Positions 47,928 to 59,803 of a stretch of DNA of 64,000 bases are shown here, one piece after another. Origin of the DNA: Saccharolobus solfataricus P2 (lineage in GTDB: Archaea; Thermoproteota; Thermoprotei_A; Sulfolobales; Sulfolobaceae). Position 1 is the first letter of the stretch, and every line of letters begins with the position of its first letter. The DNA lies in assembly GCF_000007005.1 (NCBI RefSeq), contig NC_002754.1; one strand, 5' to 3'. The notes beneath the pieces were generated by a model. The model saw only the letters and a list, made by a program, of their open reading frames with translations, made no database searches and was not told where the DNA came from. Both the position numbers and the translations under genes were made by a program.

Positions 47928-48647
47928 TTAATCAACTCTCAAGTCAGATTTTTCCCTACCTATACTCATTACGTTCATAATATTAGTCTGATAAGTATTA
48001 CCGTCCCTACTTTCTAAGGTTATCACACTGTATTTTCTAGACTTAAACTTACTCAAATTTATATTCTTAACAATACCGTGAATACCGACGTTTCTACCTC
48101 CTACGAAAATCGCATATGATCTTTCTGAGATAGTGAATGAATCTAATATTTGTTGGCTAGGTAATTCGATCTTTAACGTCATAAGCGTTTTGAAATTCTT
48201 GGCAGTCTCTTTATCTACAAGGATATTTCTTCCATCCTCTAGATTAAGCTGAATTCTTCCTTCCTTTATCGTAGTTTTATTTATAATTCTAACGTACTTA
48301 TACCGGGCCTCATCAGCAGATATCTTGGAAAATCTCATGAACCTAACATTATCTGGAAGAACCCTAAAATATAGGTCAGCAGAGGGAATTGAAACAATAT
48401 CCATAAGTCCAACAGGATACTTATAGTCTTTCCTTACCTTACCATCCACTAAAACTTTGCCATCAAATATTATATGCTTAGCCTCTCTTATCGTCCCCGC
48501 AAGTTTCAGATAATCTCTAATTACAACAGCTAAAGGTATGCTTTTCTCAATAGAGTGAGGTCCAGCATTAGGTCTAACCGTCCACTTATATTGTTTTTTA
48601 CTTATCATTAAAAACCAAGGTGCTTCAAATCTTGTTATATGCGCCAT
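47928..48647 (-). CDS. rps4e: 30S ribosomal protein S4e
   Basis: [29 protein letters not shown]. Confidence 0.96.
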
Positions 48648-48654
48648 TTTTCCA

Positions 48655-49014
48655 TCACTTCTTAGATTTTTCTAACTTTTCCCGTCTTCTTGGATCACTC
48701 AGATCTAGCTTAGTTATCATCACTTTAGACGCATGAATCCACACATATACTGGTGTTCCATCAACTTTTTTTCTCGTTATTCCTTCTATTGCTAATCTTC
48801 CGGTCTTAGTATTAACTTCAACTACCTTTCCTTCTTTACCACTATTACCTCCTCGCATTACCCTAACAGTATCTCCTTTTCTTACTCTAATACGTTTTAT
48901 ACCATATTGAGACGCAATATCATCAGATACTTTAGCAACTAGTAGCTTCTTTCTTTGATGCAATGGTAAAGTATATAGTAATTTCCTTTGTTTAGAAGGT
49001 TTAAGAGATACCAT
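48655..49014 (-). CDS. rpl24: 50S ribosomal protein uL24
   Basis: [24 protein letters not shown]. Confidence 0.96.
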
Positions 49015-49019
49015 ATCTC

Positions 49020-49436
49020 TTACACCACCAATGTAGCGAGACTAGCTATTTTTGGCCATCTCTCAGCTGCTTCTCTCGCTATCGGTCCCCTAACCTCAGT
49101 ACCTTTTGGTGTTCCATCTGGATTTATTATAACTACTGCATTATCCTCAAAAGAAATCCACGTACCATCGGGTCTTCTATATGGCATTCTTTGTCTCACG
49201 ATTACTGCTCTAAACTTCTGTTTTCTAACCTCTGGCGTTCCTTTCTTAATTGACACCATAACCATATCAGCAATGTTAGCAAATGGAACTCTTCTTAAAA
49301 CACCTCTATAACCATATACGCCAATTATCATAGCTTCCTTTCCTCCACTATTATCAGCAACGTTAACTACCGAATAATGTTGGAGAGCTGGCGTTAAACC
49401 TTTTCTGGATCCTAAAACTTGAATCTTTTCTGACAC
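49020..49436 (-). CDS. rpl14: 50S ribosomal protein uL14
   Basis: [37 protein letters not shown]. Confidence 0.96.
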   Translation of the reverse strand: MSEKIQVLGSRKGLTPALQHYSVVNVADNSGGKEAMIIGVYGYRGVLRRVPFANIADMVMVSIKKGTPEVRKQKFRAVIVRQRMPYRRPDGTWISFEDNAVVIINPDGTPKGTEVRGPIAREAAERWPKIASLATLVV

Positions 49437-49437
49437 T

Positions 49438-49782
49438 TCAACTCACCTTGCCTAATACAACAAAACTTATAGATTTAGAAAGAGGTCTACATTCGCCTAT
49501 TATAACTTTATCTCCCTCTCTAACATTAATACATGGCGGTACATGGGCATGGATCCTACTTCTCCTCCTTTCATATCTCTTATACTTCGAGTCATAGTAT
49601 AAGTATTGCCTTTCTATAACTGCAGCTTTAGTACCTCTATACTTTACAATTACTCCTTCTAATGTTATACCCCTAACTCTCAATGATCCATGATAAGGAC
49701 AATCTTCATCTTCACATACCTTCTCGGGAATAGTAATATTAGGTATTCCCGGGTCCTTTACCGTCTTTCCCTTAGATACCAT
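49438..49782 (-). CDS. rps17: 30S ribosomal protein uS17
   Basis: [28 protein letters not shown]. Confidence 0.96.
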   Translation of the reverse strand: MVSKGKTVKDPGIPNITIPEKVCEDEDCPYHGSLRVRGITLEGVIVKYRGTKAAVIERQYLYYDSKYKRYERRRSRIHAHVPPCINVREGDKVIIGECRPLSKSISFVVLGKVS

Positions 49783-49791
49783 CTAACCCAC

Positions 49792-50031
49792 CTAAATTCT
49801 TTTCCAAGGTTTTCTTACCAGCTTATAGCCAGCTATTATAAAAGACTTACCTTTAAAAGTTATCTCAAATATACCATGAGCTTTAAATATCCTTATAAAC
49901 TTGTTCTTCTCTTCTAATTTAATCAAAAACGTTTTTTCCGTCTCTAATACAATAACACCTTCTCTAGAAATTAGAAAAGGATCCGTATACCATAAAATCT
50001 TTATTCTAGAATTAATGTAATCTAAAATCAT
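49792..50031 (-). CDS. rnp1: ribonuclease P protein component 1 (Rpp29/Pop4)
   Basis: GVIVLETEKTF motif, conserved position between rpl29 and rps17. Confidence 0.8.
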   Translation of the reverse strand: MILDYINSRIKILWYTDPFLISREGVIVLETEKTFLIKLEEKNKFIRIFKAHGIFEITFKGKSFIIAGYKLVRKPWKRI

Positions 50032-50047
50032 ATAACATATAAAAATA

Positions 50048-50269
50048 CTATTTATTCTCTACTTTTTCTCTTTTAACTTTTTTCTTCTCACTTAAAACTG
50101 TTAATATTCTTGCTATATCTTTTCTTGTATTTCTAATACTTGCAGTATTCTTTAAAGTTCCCATTCTAGATTGTACTCTAAGTTTTATTAGCTCTAACTT
50201 TAATTCATCTAACTTCTTCAACAGATCTCCAGTTTCCATTTTTCTTAATTCTTCGGGATCTACCGTCAT
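50048..50269 (-). CDS. rpl29: 50S ribosomal protein uL29
   Basis: [27 protein letters not shown]. Confidence 0.95.
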   Translation of the reverse strand: MTVDPEELRKMETGDLLKKLDELKLELIKLRVQSRMGTLKNTASIRNTRKDIARILTVLSEKKKVKREKVENK

Positions 50270-50955
50270 TCTTTCTCACCCTCACTTTTCTCCTCACTTT
50301 TTTGTGACGATTCTTCAATAAAAGTCACATTAGTTACTGACACTTCTTGAGGTACGGAAGGAGACTCTTTCAAATTAATTTTATCTTCAATCTTAAGTGG
50401 TTTAGTTATAACTACTTCAACACCAAATATTCCAGGTTTCAGCATCGCTATAGCTATGGCTCTATCTATCATTTTCTCTAATTGCTGTCCGCTTTTGTAT
50501 ACAATACCTTCTTTTAATTTCTCATATCTAGCCCTCTCCGTAGTAAGCTTGCCACTTATTATTATTTCTGCGCCTAGTGCTCCAGCATTCATAATTCTTC
50601 TCATTGATATAAAAGCTGCTCTTCTAAAATGGTATCCCTTTTCTAAGGCTATTGCTAACCTAAATGCCATTACTCTAGCATTAAGCTCTGGGTTTTCTAC
50701 ATTTGTTATTGTAATTTGTGGATTCTCTAGACCAAAAACTTTTTCGAAAATTTGCGCCAGCTGTTTTATATTTCTTCCACCCCTTCCTATTATCATTGAA
50801 GGCCTTCCTGCATATATTATAACTCTAGTTCCAATTGGAGTTTTCAAGACTTCTACTCCTGCATATTCTGCGTTATAATATTGCTTAGCTAAATACTCAT
50901 CAATCTTGACTTTCACTATAGACTTTTCAAGGAAATACCTCTTAATGTTTGGCAT
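50266..50955 (-). CDS. rps3: 30S ribosomal protein uS3
   Basis: KH domain [28 protein letters not shown]. Confidence 0.96.
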   Translation of the reverse strand: MPNIKRYFLEKSIVKVKIDEYLAKQYYNAEYAGVEVLKTPIGTRVIIYAGRPSMIIGRGGRNIKQLAQIFEKVFGLENPQITITNVENPELNARVMAFRLAIALEKGYHFRRAAFISMRRIMNAGALGAEIIISGKLTTERARYEKLKEGIVYKSGQQLEKMIDRAIAIAMLKPGIFGVEVVITKPLKIEDKINLKESPSVPQEVSVTNVTFIEESSQKSEEKSEGEKE

Positions 50956-50956
50956 A

Positions 50957-51430
50957 TTACTCCACCTCCTCTAAGATTACTTCAATATTAGATGTCCTTC
51001 TATACTTTGCAGTAGCCCTCCCAAAAGCTCTTGGCATGTATCTTTGTAATGTTATACCTTTGTGGGCAGCTATATGTCTTATAATTAATTTATCAACATC
51101 TAGCCCTTTATTAGTCGCATTAGCCTCCGCATTTTCTAATACCTTCAACACTTGCCTTATAGCTTTCTTTGGATATCTACCAGCTTTTATTTTCCACTTG
51201 GCAGATATATTAGACTTGTGTGATGCACCTTTATTATATCTCCAGAAAGGTAAGGCTTCCTTCTCCTCTAAAACTCTATTTAGAAAATCTTTCGCATCAT
51301 TAAGATACATTCCCCTAATAGCTTTACAAACATTATAAAGATCTCTTATAGATTCAGGAACATCTCTTATTACAGCCTTTGCAATTTTTAACTCGTCAAC
51401 ATCTAATTGAGGATACTTCCAACTAGCCAT
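50957..51430 (-). CDS. rpl22: 50S ribosomal protein uL22
   Basis: [21 protein letters not shown]. Confidence 0.96.
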
Positions 51431-51436
51431 AATTGA

Positions 51437-51859
51437 TCATCCTTTCATTGCTAAGAATAAACTTGATCTCGTAGCCTTTAATCCTGGTTCTCCATGTTCA
51501 ACTTTCTTAGTTGTTATTGAATACTCTCCTAGATAATGACCTATCATCTCCGGCGTAACCGTAAACTCAACAAATTCCTTTCCGTTATATACAGCCATTT
51601 TAAGACCAATTAGCTCTGGCAATATAACTAAGTTTCTGACATGTGTCTTAATGGTTTTATTAAACTTTCCTTCTCTTCTGTACTTCCTTACTTTCTCTAG
51701 CAAGTGTCTTTGCGCATCAGTAAATCCACGCTTTAATGATCTTCTTTGCCTTGAAGGCAATAATTTGATAAACTCATCCATTGGCATATTTAGTAACTCA
51801 TCTATACTCTTACCTCTGTATTTAAAGTTCTTCCATTCAGGTGGTATTTCTAATGACAT
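51437..51859 (-). CDS. rps19: 30S ribosomal protein uS19
   Basis: [27 protein letters not shown]. Confidence 0.96.
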   Translation of the reverse strand: MSLEIPPEWKNFKYRGKSIDELLNMPMDEFIKLLPSRQRRSLKRGFTDAQRHLLEKVRKYRREGKFNKTIKTHVRNLVILPELIGLKMAVYNGKEFVEFTVTPEMIGHYLGEYSITTKKVEHGEPGLKATRSSLFLAMKG

Positions 51860-51894
51860 CTATTATCACCTATTCCCCTTTTCATTTATAAAAT

Positions 51895-52611
51895 TCACTT
51901 ACCCTCCTTCCTACCCGTTCTCCTTGCTGCAATATGACCAACTTTTCTGCCTGGAGGAGCATTTCTAGATACCGTAGAAGGCCTACTTACACTCTGATGT
52001 AGCCCACCACCGTGAGGATGATCAACCACGTTCATTGCAACGCCCCTCACAATAGGCCATTTCTTAGCTTTTACTTTGTACTTCCAATAATTAGCTCCAG
52101 CCTTTAATAGTGGTTTTTCTATGACTCCACCTCCGGCTACTATACCCACAGTAGCTCTAGCCTTATTCGAAACTGCTTTTATTTTATCTGAAGGTAATCT
52201 AATTAGCACCCTATCACCGCTTTTGCCTACTACTACCGCATACGAACCGGCACTTCTAGCGTATTTACCTCCATCTCCAAAATTTTCTTCAACGTTACAT
52301 ACTATTGTACCCTCTGGTGCATCGCCTATTTCTATAACGTTGCCGTTAGCTATTGGAGATCCCTTACCAAATTCTATCTTCTGATTAACAACAAGCCCTT
52401 GAATCGCTTGCATTAAAAACTTAGTTCCATTTTCTAATTTCACTAAAGCAACGGGTGCATTCATACCTGGATTATGCACTATGTCTATTACCTTGCCTAT
52501 AAAATGCCCAAAAATGTTAGGATATCTTACCTTACCTATTCTTAACCAGCCTGGATTTCTAAAAGTTGGAGAACCCTTGCCTGCCCTTTGCTGTAACAAA
52601 TTCTTACCCAT
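51895..52611 (-). CDS. rpl2: 50S ribosomal protein uL2
   Basis: [27 protein letters not shown]. Confidence 0.97.
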
Positions 52612-52622
52612 TTTATATCACC

Positions 52623-52868
52623 TCAAAATATGCCCAATTTATGGGCTATATCACTTGCCTTATATTCTGGTGCTAATTTTACATATGCCTTCTTGTAACC
52701 TTGAGGTGTTATAACTACGTTGACTTTTACCACCTTAACGTTAAATAATCTCTCTACAGATTTCTTAATGTCGTCTTTAGTATCACTCTTATCTACTATT
52801 AATGTAAGCGTATTATAGGACTCAATAAGTTTTAATGCCTTCTCTGTAGCTAAAGCCATTTGAATCAT
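52623..52868 (-). CDS. rpl23: 50S ribosomal protein uL23
   Basis: [25 protein letters not shown]. Confidence 0.95.
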   Translation of the reverse strand: MIQMALATEKALKLIESYNTLTLIVDKSDTKDDIKKSVERLFNVKVVKVNVVITPQGYKKAYVKLAPEYKASDIAHKLGIF

Positions 52869-52869
52869 T

Positions 52870-53673
52870 CTAACTCACCACTCTCTTACTTAATCGTTCG
52901 TCTAAAATCTTTATACTACTTTCGGTATAAATAGTAAGTCTACCCGGATGAGCTCCGGGAGCCAAATGAATAACGCTTACGTCTTTAGCATTAACTACAT
53001 CAACTCCAGCTAAGTTTCTTGCAGCCTTAATTATTGGGGAATTGCTGTCATGTACAATTATTAACGGACCTATTGGTTCCTTATACTTTCTTCCCCTCAT
53101 TTTGCCCTTTCCAGCCCTTATCCTAATCCTTTCTTTCACTCTCTCTACATCATCGTAAACACCTATTTTCTTTAAAAACTCTTCCACCTCACTTGTGGTT
53201 TTTAGATTAACAATATCGTCAGTTACTACTATAGGGAAACGTACTGAATCTTTAAATACATGTCCCCTAGCTCTGACGAAAGCTATGTCCGCTGTAGCGC
53301 TTAGTGCACTAATTACAGCTAATCGTTTCTCCTTAACGTTTGCCTCTTCTGCAAGTTTTTTGTTTACTGAGGGGGGAAATGCTAATCTTCCGCCTACGGT
53401 ATTAGGTGCTAAGGCAGCTTCACCAGAATTTTTAACTCTAGGAACTCTGGCCATACCAAGATTTATTCCAAAACTCTCAGCTGATGTCCTTTTGCCTGCA
53501 TTAGGATCTCTACCTTTTGGTTGTAGCGAATGTGTAAACTCAGCTATAAATACTCTTCTTATTAGGTCTTTTCTTACTGGAAACGAAAAAATAATGGGTA
53601 ATTCAACCTCTTTTATTCTATTTCCATCTTTATCCAAAATATCAGACTTCTTCTTAACTAGCTCTAAATACAT
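52870..53673 (-). CDS. rpl4: 50S ribosomal protein uL4
   Basis: [34 protein letters not shown]. Confidence 0.96.
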   Translation of the reverse strand: MYLELVKKKSDILDKDGNRIKEVELPIIFSFPVRKDLIRRVFIAEFTHSLQPKGRDPNAGKRTSAESFGINLGMARVPRVKNSGEAALAPNTVGGRLAFPPSVNKKLAEEANVKEKRLAVISALSATADIAFVRARGHVFKDSVRFPIVVTDDIVNLKTTSEVEEFLKKIGVYDDVERVKERIRIRAGKGKMRGRKYKEPIGPLIIVHDSNSPIIKAARNLAGVDVVNAKDVSVIHLAPGAHPGRLTIYTESSIKILDERLSKRVVS

Positions 53674-53679
53674 TCACTT

Positions 53680-54735
53680 TCACCCTTGTTGACTTAAAAG
53701 GTTAACATAAGTTATCTTAGGAGGATTTTCAAAAACATAAGAAGGCCTAACGGGTTCTCTTAAGAATATTGGCCTCTTCTTTGAACCTAATATTGAGCCT
53801 TCTAACAAAACATATGTGTTCCTTACTATTCCATATCTTACAAAACCACCTGCAGGATTTATCTCTTTAGGCTCATCACCAATTTTTATAATCCTCTTAT
53901 TATATTCAGTTCTCCTATGAAAACCTAACTGTCCAGGCTGAGGCGTATAACTAGGTGTTCCTAAAGATGGACCTCTAGTACCTATTTTCCTACTTCCTTT
54001 TCTATGCTTATGCCACCTAGGTAATTCTACCACACTATATCTTTTTATCACACCAGCAAAACCCTTACCCTTAGTAACTCCTACCACATCTATTAGTTGA
54101 CCCTCTTTGAAAACGTCTCTAATTGTGATTTCTTTTCCTAGAATGTTTAATGCATAGTCCAATTGTGATTTCTTTTCTCCTCCACCTATCTGAATCTCTA
54201 CTAAATCTGGCGCTTTTTTACCTAATGATGGTATCTTCCTAGGTTGAGTGGAGACCAAAAGCCTAAAGTAGACTATTCTATCTAGGTTAGATTTGATAAG
54301 ATCCAACTTAGTATTAAATCTTTCATCGAACTTCTTTTTACTTTCATCATCTTTCAAAAAAGATGAAATTGAATGAATTCTTCTCGTAATATCCAAGAAC
54401 TGTAAAGAGGAGGAAGACCAATACTCTGTTATTACGTTTGGTTCGCCTTTACCGTCAATTGCATAAGCTCTTAACGCCAACGGTATAATTGGAGGTACTT
54501 CTAAGACTGTAACCGGCATATATATCTCTTTACCATTAGTAGGAGAGTTAGGCCAATCGTCAATCATAAAAACGTGTGTCATGCCAACCTTATATCCTAC
54601 AAAGCCTAACAATTTTGGATTCTGTGAATTTATTTGAGGCCATGTTCTAGGTGTTGGTAATAACTCGGATGATCTTTTTCTAGGTCTAAGACCAGCTGAC
54701 CCACGTCTAGGTGAGGCTAACTTTCGATGACCCAT
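53680..54735 (-). CDS. rpl3: 50S ribosomal protein uL3
   Basis: PRRGS, GYKVGMTHV, TKGKGFAGVIKR, GQLGFHRRTEYNKR. Confidence 0.97.
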   Translation of the reverse strand: MGHRKLASPRRGSAGLRPRKRSSELLPTPRTWPQINSQNPKLLGFVGYKVGMTHVFMIDDWPNSPTNGKEIYMPVTVLEVPPIIPLALRAYAIDGKGEPNVITEYWSSSSLQFLDITRRIHSISSFLKDDESKKKFDERFNTKLDLIKSNLDRIVYFRLLVSTQPRKIPSLGKKAPDLVEIQIGGGEKKSQLDYALNILGKEITIRDVFKEGQLIDVVGVTKGKGFAGVIKRYSVVELPRWHKHRKGSRKIGTRGPSLGTPSYTPQPGQLGFHRRTEYNKRIIKIGDEPKEINPAGGFVRYGIVRNTYVLLEGSILGSKKRPIFLREPVRPSYVFENPPKITYVNLLSQQG

Positions 54736-54785
54736 TCTTAATCCCCACTAATTGCTATTTCACCTATCACTCAAGCATTATAAAT

Positions 54786-55535
54786 CTAACTTAACAGAAG
54801 GTTTAGAATAGACAGAGAATAAGCTAATGCCTCTTCCGCCCTAATATCTGAAACTCCTTGTTTAATAACAAAGTTATACGACTTATCTAAGTATTGCTTA
54901 CCTAATCTTTGTAATAGATTTCCAGTTGGTGGTCCAATCATCAAGGTAAGGCCATATTTATTGTACAAATTGGTTAGCTGTTCCTTAGCTTGTAAGGGAT
55001 TTTTCCCACTCCTACTAGCAATTATAAGATTATCAAAATTAAATACCTTTTTAAAGTCTATAAACTCATTTTTTACTCCAGTATAATAGAAACCACGATA
55101 GTCGATATAACCAGCTTTTAGTGAGTCAGTAATTAAAATAGTCTTCGATGATGAATTTAATTTCTTGTTCAGACCAAAATCACCCTTATATCCTAATCTT
55201 ATCTCACCTTCAACAGCTTGTTTAAAAATAAAGTGATACGGTATCCCTAGTGGACTCATTAAACCAACTTTCTTCAAATTACGACTAATAGGAACGTATT
55301 TTTTAAGATACGGTGGTAAAAGAGCATATTTAGTAATATCTGTAATTATTTTTTCTAGTTTTCTAGAATTTAGGGAATCTGTTATCCAGTAAATTTTATT
55401 CACTCTAAATGTAGTTGTGACTCTAAGTATAAATGAAAGTTTTAACGTAACTTCAAGAAGAGAATTTTCAACATCAAATATAGATAAAAAAAGGACAACA
55501 TTTAAAGGTTTGTAACGTGGAAAAGGAAACATCAT
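54786..55535 (-). CDS. putative SPOUT RNA methyltransferase (DUF171/SPOUT1-like)
   Basis: PPYLKK, IRAEEAL and the conserved position upstream of rpl3. ATG 55535 overlaps the ileS stop (ATGA). Confidence 0.7.
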   Translation of the reverse strand: MMFPFPRYKPLNVVLFLSIFDVENSLLEVTLKLSFILRVTTTFRVNKIYWITDSLNSRKLEKIITDITKYALLPPYLKKYVPISRNLKKVGLMSPLGIPYHFIFKQAVEGEIRLGYKGDFGLNKKLNSSSKTILITDSLKAGYIDYRGFYYTGVKNEFIDFKKVFNFDNLIIASRSGKNPLQAKEQLTNLYNKYGLTLMIGPPTGNLLQRLGKQYLDKSYNFVIKQGVSDIRAEEALAYSLSILNLLLS

Positions 55536-58500
55536 GTAGACTTCTTTATCCCTATTATATAAGATTCCCCTTCTATATCCCAATCCATTGTAATATCTCC
55601 CTTAGCTTCACCTAGAATTATGTTACTAGCCCTTGTCTCACTCTTAATAAATTCCTCCCATTTCTGAATAGTTTTTACTCTTTCTTCTGGTACCTTCATG
55701 CTAATCTCAATATAATCTAAAACATTTAGTTTTAGTTGTTTCCTCATGAATTGTATCCTCCTTATAATGTCCCTAATTAATCCCTCTTCCTCTTCACTCT
55801 CCGAAATTTCCTTACTTATAACCACAATACCCTTACTAAATTTAGATGAAATGAATCCTTCAACTGTTTCTTCTGAGATAATCACATACGAAGCATTAAG
55901 TATTATATCAAAATTATCTATCTTAGCGACATGCTGCTTTTTATTAAGTATATCCATAGCTATTATATCTCTATTATTCTCAATATATTCTACTATTTTT
56001 GGCGACATACTCTTATATTCCTTCCCTATGATCGACCTATTCGGCTCGACCTTATATTTACTGAAACTCTTAAATCCTTCTATTTTGCTTATTTCTATAT
56101 CTTTAGCGTTTAGCATAGATATCAAGACATCTTTTATTCTACCAACCTTAGCCAATGTATCCTCGTTTTCTATGAAGATATAAACTTTAGCCAATGGCCA
56201 TCTTAATTTTATTCCAGCTTTAGCTCGAGCGTTCAACGAAGCCTCGTTTATTTCTCTAGCAACTTCAAAGGCTCTTTCCAATTCATTATCGATAAATCTC
56301 TCATCATAATTGATACTAGATTCCATTGAAACTGATTCTTTAGCATTAACTACAAAGGATTTATATATTTTTTCAGAAATAAATGGAATTATAGTAGAAG
56401 CTAATATAATCCATTGTTTTAATATATAATAAAGAATATAATACATTGCTATCTTATCTTGAGTATTAGCTTCTATCCACGCCCTTTTTCTTATTAGCCT
56501 TATGTAAAACCTACTGACATCCTCAATTAGAAAGTTTATCAAGTAATTAGTCATTTCGTGAACCTTGTAATCCTTCATGGATTCATTTACTTTCTTTAGC
56601 ATTGAGTTAAACCTTGATAATATCCATAAATCCTCTATCTTAGCATATTTTATAATATCATCAAGAGTATACTTATCGGGTTCAAAGTTATCTAAATTCA
56701 TATACATTGACGCGAAGACGAATGTGTTCCAAATTATTTGTAAATCCCTTTTAGTTAGCTCTAACGCTTTCCATGAAAATTTTGCATCTTCCCATGTAGT
56801 ATTCCTAAGTAACCATAAACGTAATATGTCTCTCCCATATTTTTCAACTACTACTGAAGGTTCAACATAATTACCTAGACTCTTATGCATTTCTCTACCT
56901 TGTTCGTCTAGCATAAATCCATGAACCAATACAGAAGTATATGGAGCTCTATCTAGTAATATTAGCCCAGATCTAAGCAAACTAAAGAACCAACCCCTCA
57001 ACTGATCATGACCTTCTAGAACTAGATCTACTGGACCTAACTCCTTCCACTTCTCTTGCCAATCTTTACCTAAACTAGCAAAGAAAGCCACACCACTATC
57101 AAACCAAACATCTGCAACATCAGGGATTCTCTTAGCAACTCCACCACACTTGTTACATTTTACCCTTACATTATCTATCCACGGTCTATGTAAGTCATTA
57201 GGGACTGGATCTATTGCTATACTCTCTAATTCTTCTTTACTCCCAACTACCATAACATTATTACACCTTTCACAGATCCATATGGGAAGAGGAGTTCCCC
57301 AGAACCTTTGTCTACTTATAACCCAATCTCTGAGTTCCTTAACCATGTTAGATATTCTGGATTTACCCCAATCTGGAATCCAGTTTACTTTCTCTATTTC
57401 ATTGAGCATTTTATCTTTTATTTTTGTAACTCTTATGAACCATTGATCAATAGCTCTAAGTATTAGTGGAGTCTTACATCTCCAACATACCGGATAACGA
57501 TGAACTATTTTCCCTTCAAAGAACAACGTATTTTTAGATTTCAAATCGCTAATTATCGCCTTAGATGCGTCCCTAACTTTCAATCCTTTATATTTTCCAC
57601 CTTCTTCAGTAAATTCTCCTCTATCGTTAACGAACATCACTACTGGAAAACCGTATTTCTGACCTACCGTGAAATCCTCTTCTCCATGTCCAGTAGCACT
57701 ATGAACTAGACCGGTACCATCAGTTAATGTGACTATATTACCAGCATCAACGACTTGATGAAAGTCATCTAATTTAGTCTGGGCACTAACAAACTCTCTT
57801 AGGGGATGCTCGTACTTTATTCCTATTAACTCACTACCTTTATAGGTTCTGAGTATCTTATAATTAGTTATACTTGCCTCTTTCATAACAGCTTCTACAC
57901 GATCCTTTGCAATTACGAGTATCTCACCATTAACCTCTACATCAGCATAATCATAGTCCTTATTTATCATTACAAAGACATTAGATGGTATAGTCCATGG
58001 TGTGGTAGTCCATATTAATAGATATCTGTTTTTCTCACCTTTGATTTTAAATTTGACATAAATGGAGGGATCCTCTAAGTCTCTATACTCAGACACCTCA
58101 TAATCTGATAGAGTCGTTTCACATCTAGGACACCAATGCAATACTGCAGTGCCTTTATCTAGCATCCCTTTTTCATAAGCTTTCTTAATTACACTCCATG
58201 AAGAGCTTATATAAGAAGGGTCTAATGTATAGTAAGGCCTCTCCCAGTCCATAAAGACTCCAACGTTCTTGAAGTTCTGTGTCATTTTATCTGCATTGGA
58301 TAATGCAAACTCTTTGCATTTATTAATGAAAGTTTCAACTCCGATTTTATCTATAATCTCTTGCTTATTTGATATTCCAAGTAGTTTTTCAGTTGCAACT
58401 TCTATAGGTAATCCATGTGTATCATATCCTGGCTGGTCATGAACCCTTTTGCCCAGAACCCTCTGATAACGCAGTATGCAATCCTTTATCACCTTATTCC

Positions 58501-58681
58501 AAATCGTCCCTATATGAGGAGTAGGACTTGAAGGGTATGGAGGACCATCTATAAATAGAAACTTTTCCCTTCTTTTGCTTACAATATCTTTTAGTTTATT
58601 GTAAATTTTATTCTCTTCCCAATACGAAATTATTTCTTCTTCAATCCTCTTAGGATCATAATTACCAGTAAGGGGCTTGAT
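55532..58681 (-). CDS. ileS: isoleucine--tRNA ligase (true start upstream of the track ORF and non-canonical)
   Basis: DGPPY...PHIG HIGH motif at about 58549-58508, [31 protein letters not shown]. Frame is open from 58699 with no in-frame ATG/GTG/TTG until 58492. The start given (ATC 58681) is a guess. Confidence 0.9.
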   Translation of the reverse strand: MKPLTGNYDPKRIEEEIISYWEENKIYNKLKDIVSKRREKFLFIDGPPYPSSPTPHIGTIWNKVIKDCILRYQRVLGKRVHDQPGYDTHGLPIEVATEKLLGISNKQEIIDKIGVETFINKCKEFALSNADKMTQNFKNVGVFMDWERPYYTLDPSYISSSWSVIKKAYEKGMLDKGTAVLHWCPRCETTLSDYEVSEYRDLEDPSIYVKFKIKGEKNRYLLIWTTTPWTIPSNVFVMINKDYDYADVEVNGEILVIAKDRVEAVMKEASITNYKILRTYKGSELIGIKYEHPLREFVSAQTKLDDFHQVVDAGNIVTLTDGTGLVHSATGHGEEDFTVGQKYGFPVVMFVNDRGEFTEEGGKYKGLKVRDASKAIISDLKSKNTLFFEGKIVHRYPVCWRCKTPLILRAIDQWFIRVTKIKDKMLNEIEKVNWIPDWGKSRISNMVKELRDWVISRQRFWGTPLPIWICERCNNVMVVGSKEELESIAIDPVPNDLHRPWIDNVRVKCNKCGGVAKRIPDVADVWFDSGVAFFASLGKDWQEKWKELGPVDLVLEGHDQLRGWFFSLLRSGLILLDRAPYTSVLVHGFMLDEQGREMHKSLGNYVEPSVVVEKYGRDILRLWLLRNTTWEDAKFSWKALELTKRDLQIIWNTFVFASMYMNLDNFEPDKYTLDDIIKYAKIEDLWILSRFNSMLKKVNESMKDYKVHEMTNYLINFLIEDVSRFYIRLIRKRAWIEANTQDKIAMYYILYYILKQWIILASTIIPFISEKIYKSFVVNAKESVSMESSINYDERFIDNELERAFEVAREINEASLNARAKAGIKLRWPLAKVYIFIENEDTLAKVGRIKDVLISMLNAKDIEISKIEGFKSFSKYKVEPNRSIIGKEYKSMSPKIVEYIENNRDIIAMDILNKKQHVAKIDNFDIILNASYVIISEETVEGFISSKFSKGIVVISKEISESEEEEGLIRDIIRRIQFMRKQLKLNVLDYIEISMKVPEERVKTIQKWEEFIKSETRASNIILGEAKGDITMDWDIEGESYIIGIKKST

Positions 58682-58711
58682 AACGGCAGATAATTCAACT
58701 CACCATACCCT

Positions 58712-58761
58712 ATTAAACTTGACAAGTTTATAAAAATTAAACTTCGTTGTCAATTAAACTT
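58712..58761. promoter_or_regulatory. ileS upstream region: 17-bp palindrome TAAACTTG-A-CAAGTTTA plus three ATTAAACTT direct repeats
   Basis: Palindrome 58714-58730. Repeats start at 58712, 58736 and 58753. Minus-strand TTTTATAA adjoins the palindrome. Confidence 0.45.
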
Positions 58762-58780
58762 TACATTATATACGTTCACG

Positions 58781-59791
58781 TTACATATATTTATAAATTT
58801 CATCCACCATATCCTTTAACTTAGCACTACCACCAACATCCTCCGTTAACTTATTCCCACTTTTGTAAGTCTCTATTATCGCATTCTCTAAAGACTTTGA
58901 TGCCAGAATGTATTTATTCTCCTTAGATAACTCATACATTCTACTAAGCATCATGGAAACAGATAATAGAAATGCCGTAGGATTAGCTATCCCTTTTCCC
59001 GCAATATCAAAAGCAGCTCCATGAACTGGCTCGAACATAGATTTCCTATCTCCAATATTTGCAGATGGTGCTAGACCTAAACTTCCCGCTATTTGGCTGG
59101 CCTCATCGCTTAAAATATCACCATAAACGTTACTAGTTACTATTACATCAAACCGAGTTGGATCTCGTACTAAATTAGCTGCAGCTGCATCAACATACAT
59201 CTCCTCAAAATTCACCTTACCTTTCAAAATTTCTCTGCAAACACTAGCGAAAAGTCCGTCTGTAACTCTCATAACATTAGCCTTATGGACGCATGTAACT
59301 TTACGACGTCTCATTAAAGCATAATTTAATGCCACGTTAACTATTCTTTTAGAGGCAAACTCAGTAGTTACTTTAATAGCTATTGTGACTCCAGTAGATG
59401 TAACGAATTCAAACCCCTTATATAGATCTTCTGTATTTTCCCTGACGATTACTAAATCAACGTTCGGATATTTCGACTGAACATTAGGCAGTGATTTAGC
59501 CGGTCTAATATTAGCGTACATATCATACATTTGCCTCAATTTAACTACAACATCCATTGCGGTCTCTCCAACCGGACCTTTTAGAATCATATCCGCCTTT
59601 TCTATAACGTCTAAGGTGTGTCTAGGTAAGGCTTCACCATATTTATTTAATGCGACATCTCCAGCTTCAACTTCAATTAAGTCTATATCAAGATTATATT
59701 TCTCTATTAACTTAGCTATAATTCTTTTACTTCCCTCATATAACTCAGGGCCTATTCCATCACCAGGAATTACAGCTACTCGAAAAGTCAT
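58781..59791 (-). CDS. leuB: 3-isopropylmalate dehydrogenase (beta-decarboxylating dehydrogenase)
   Basis: PGDGIGPE, LRQMYDMYANIRP, VRENTEDLY, VHKANV, YGDILSDEA, FEPVHGAA. Confidence 0.85.
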   Translation of the reverse strand: MTFRVAVIPGDGIGPELYEGSKRIIAKLIEKYNLDIDLIEVEAGDVALNKYGEALPRHTLDVIEKADMILKGPVGETAMDVVVKLRQMYDMYANIRPAKSLPNVQSKYPNVDLVIVRENTEDLYKGFEFVTSTGVTIAIKVTTEFASKRIVNVALNYALMRRRKVTCVHKANVMRVTDGLFASVCREILKGKVNFEEMYVDAAAANLVRDPTRFDVIVTSNVYGDILSDEASQIAGSLGLAPSANIGDRKSMFEPVHGAAFDIAGKGIANPTAFLLSVSMMLSRMYELSKENKYILASKSLENAIIETYKSGNKLTEDVGGSAKLKDMVDEIYKYM

Positions 59792-59803
59792 ATGTAAAGA
59801 AAA

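Noticed and set aside
55536-55583. N-terminal extension of the SPOUT gene in the ORF track
   Set aside because: It lies within the ileS coding region. ATG 55535 overlapping the ileS stop is preferred.
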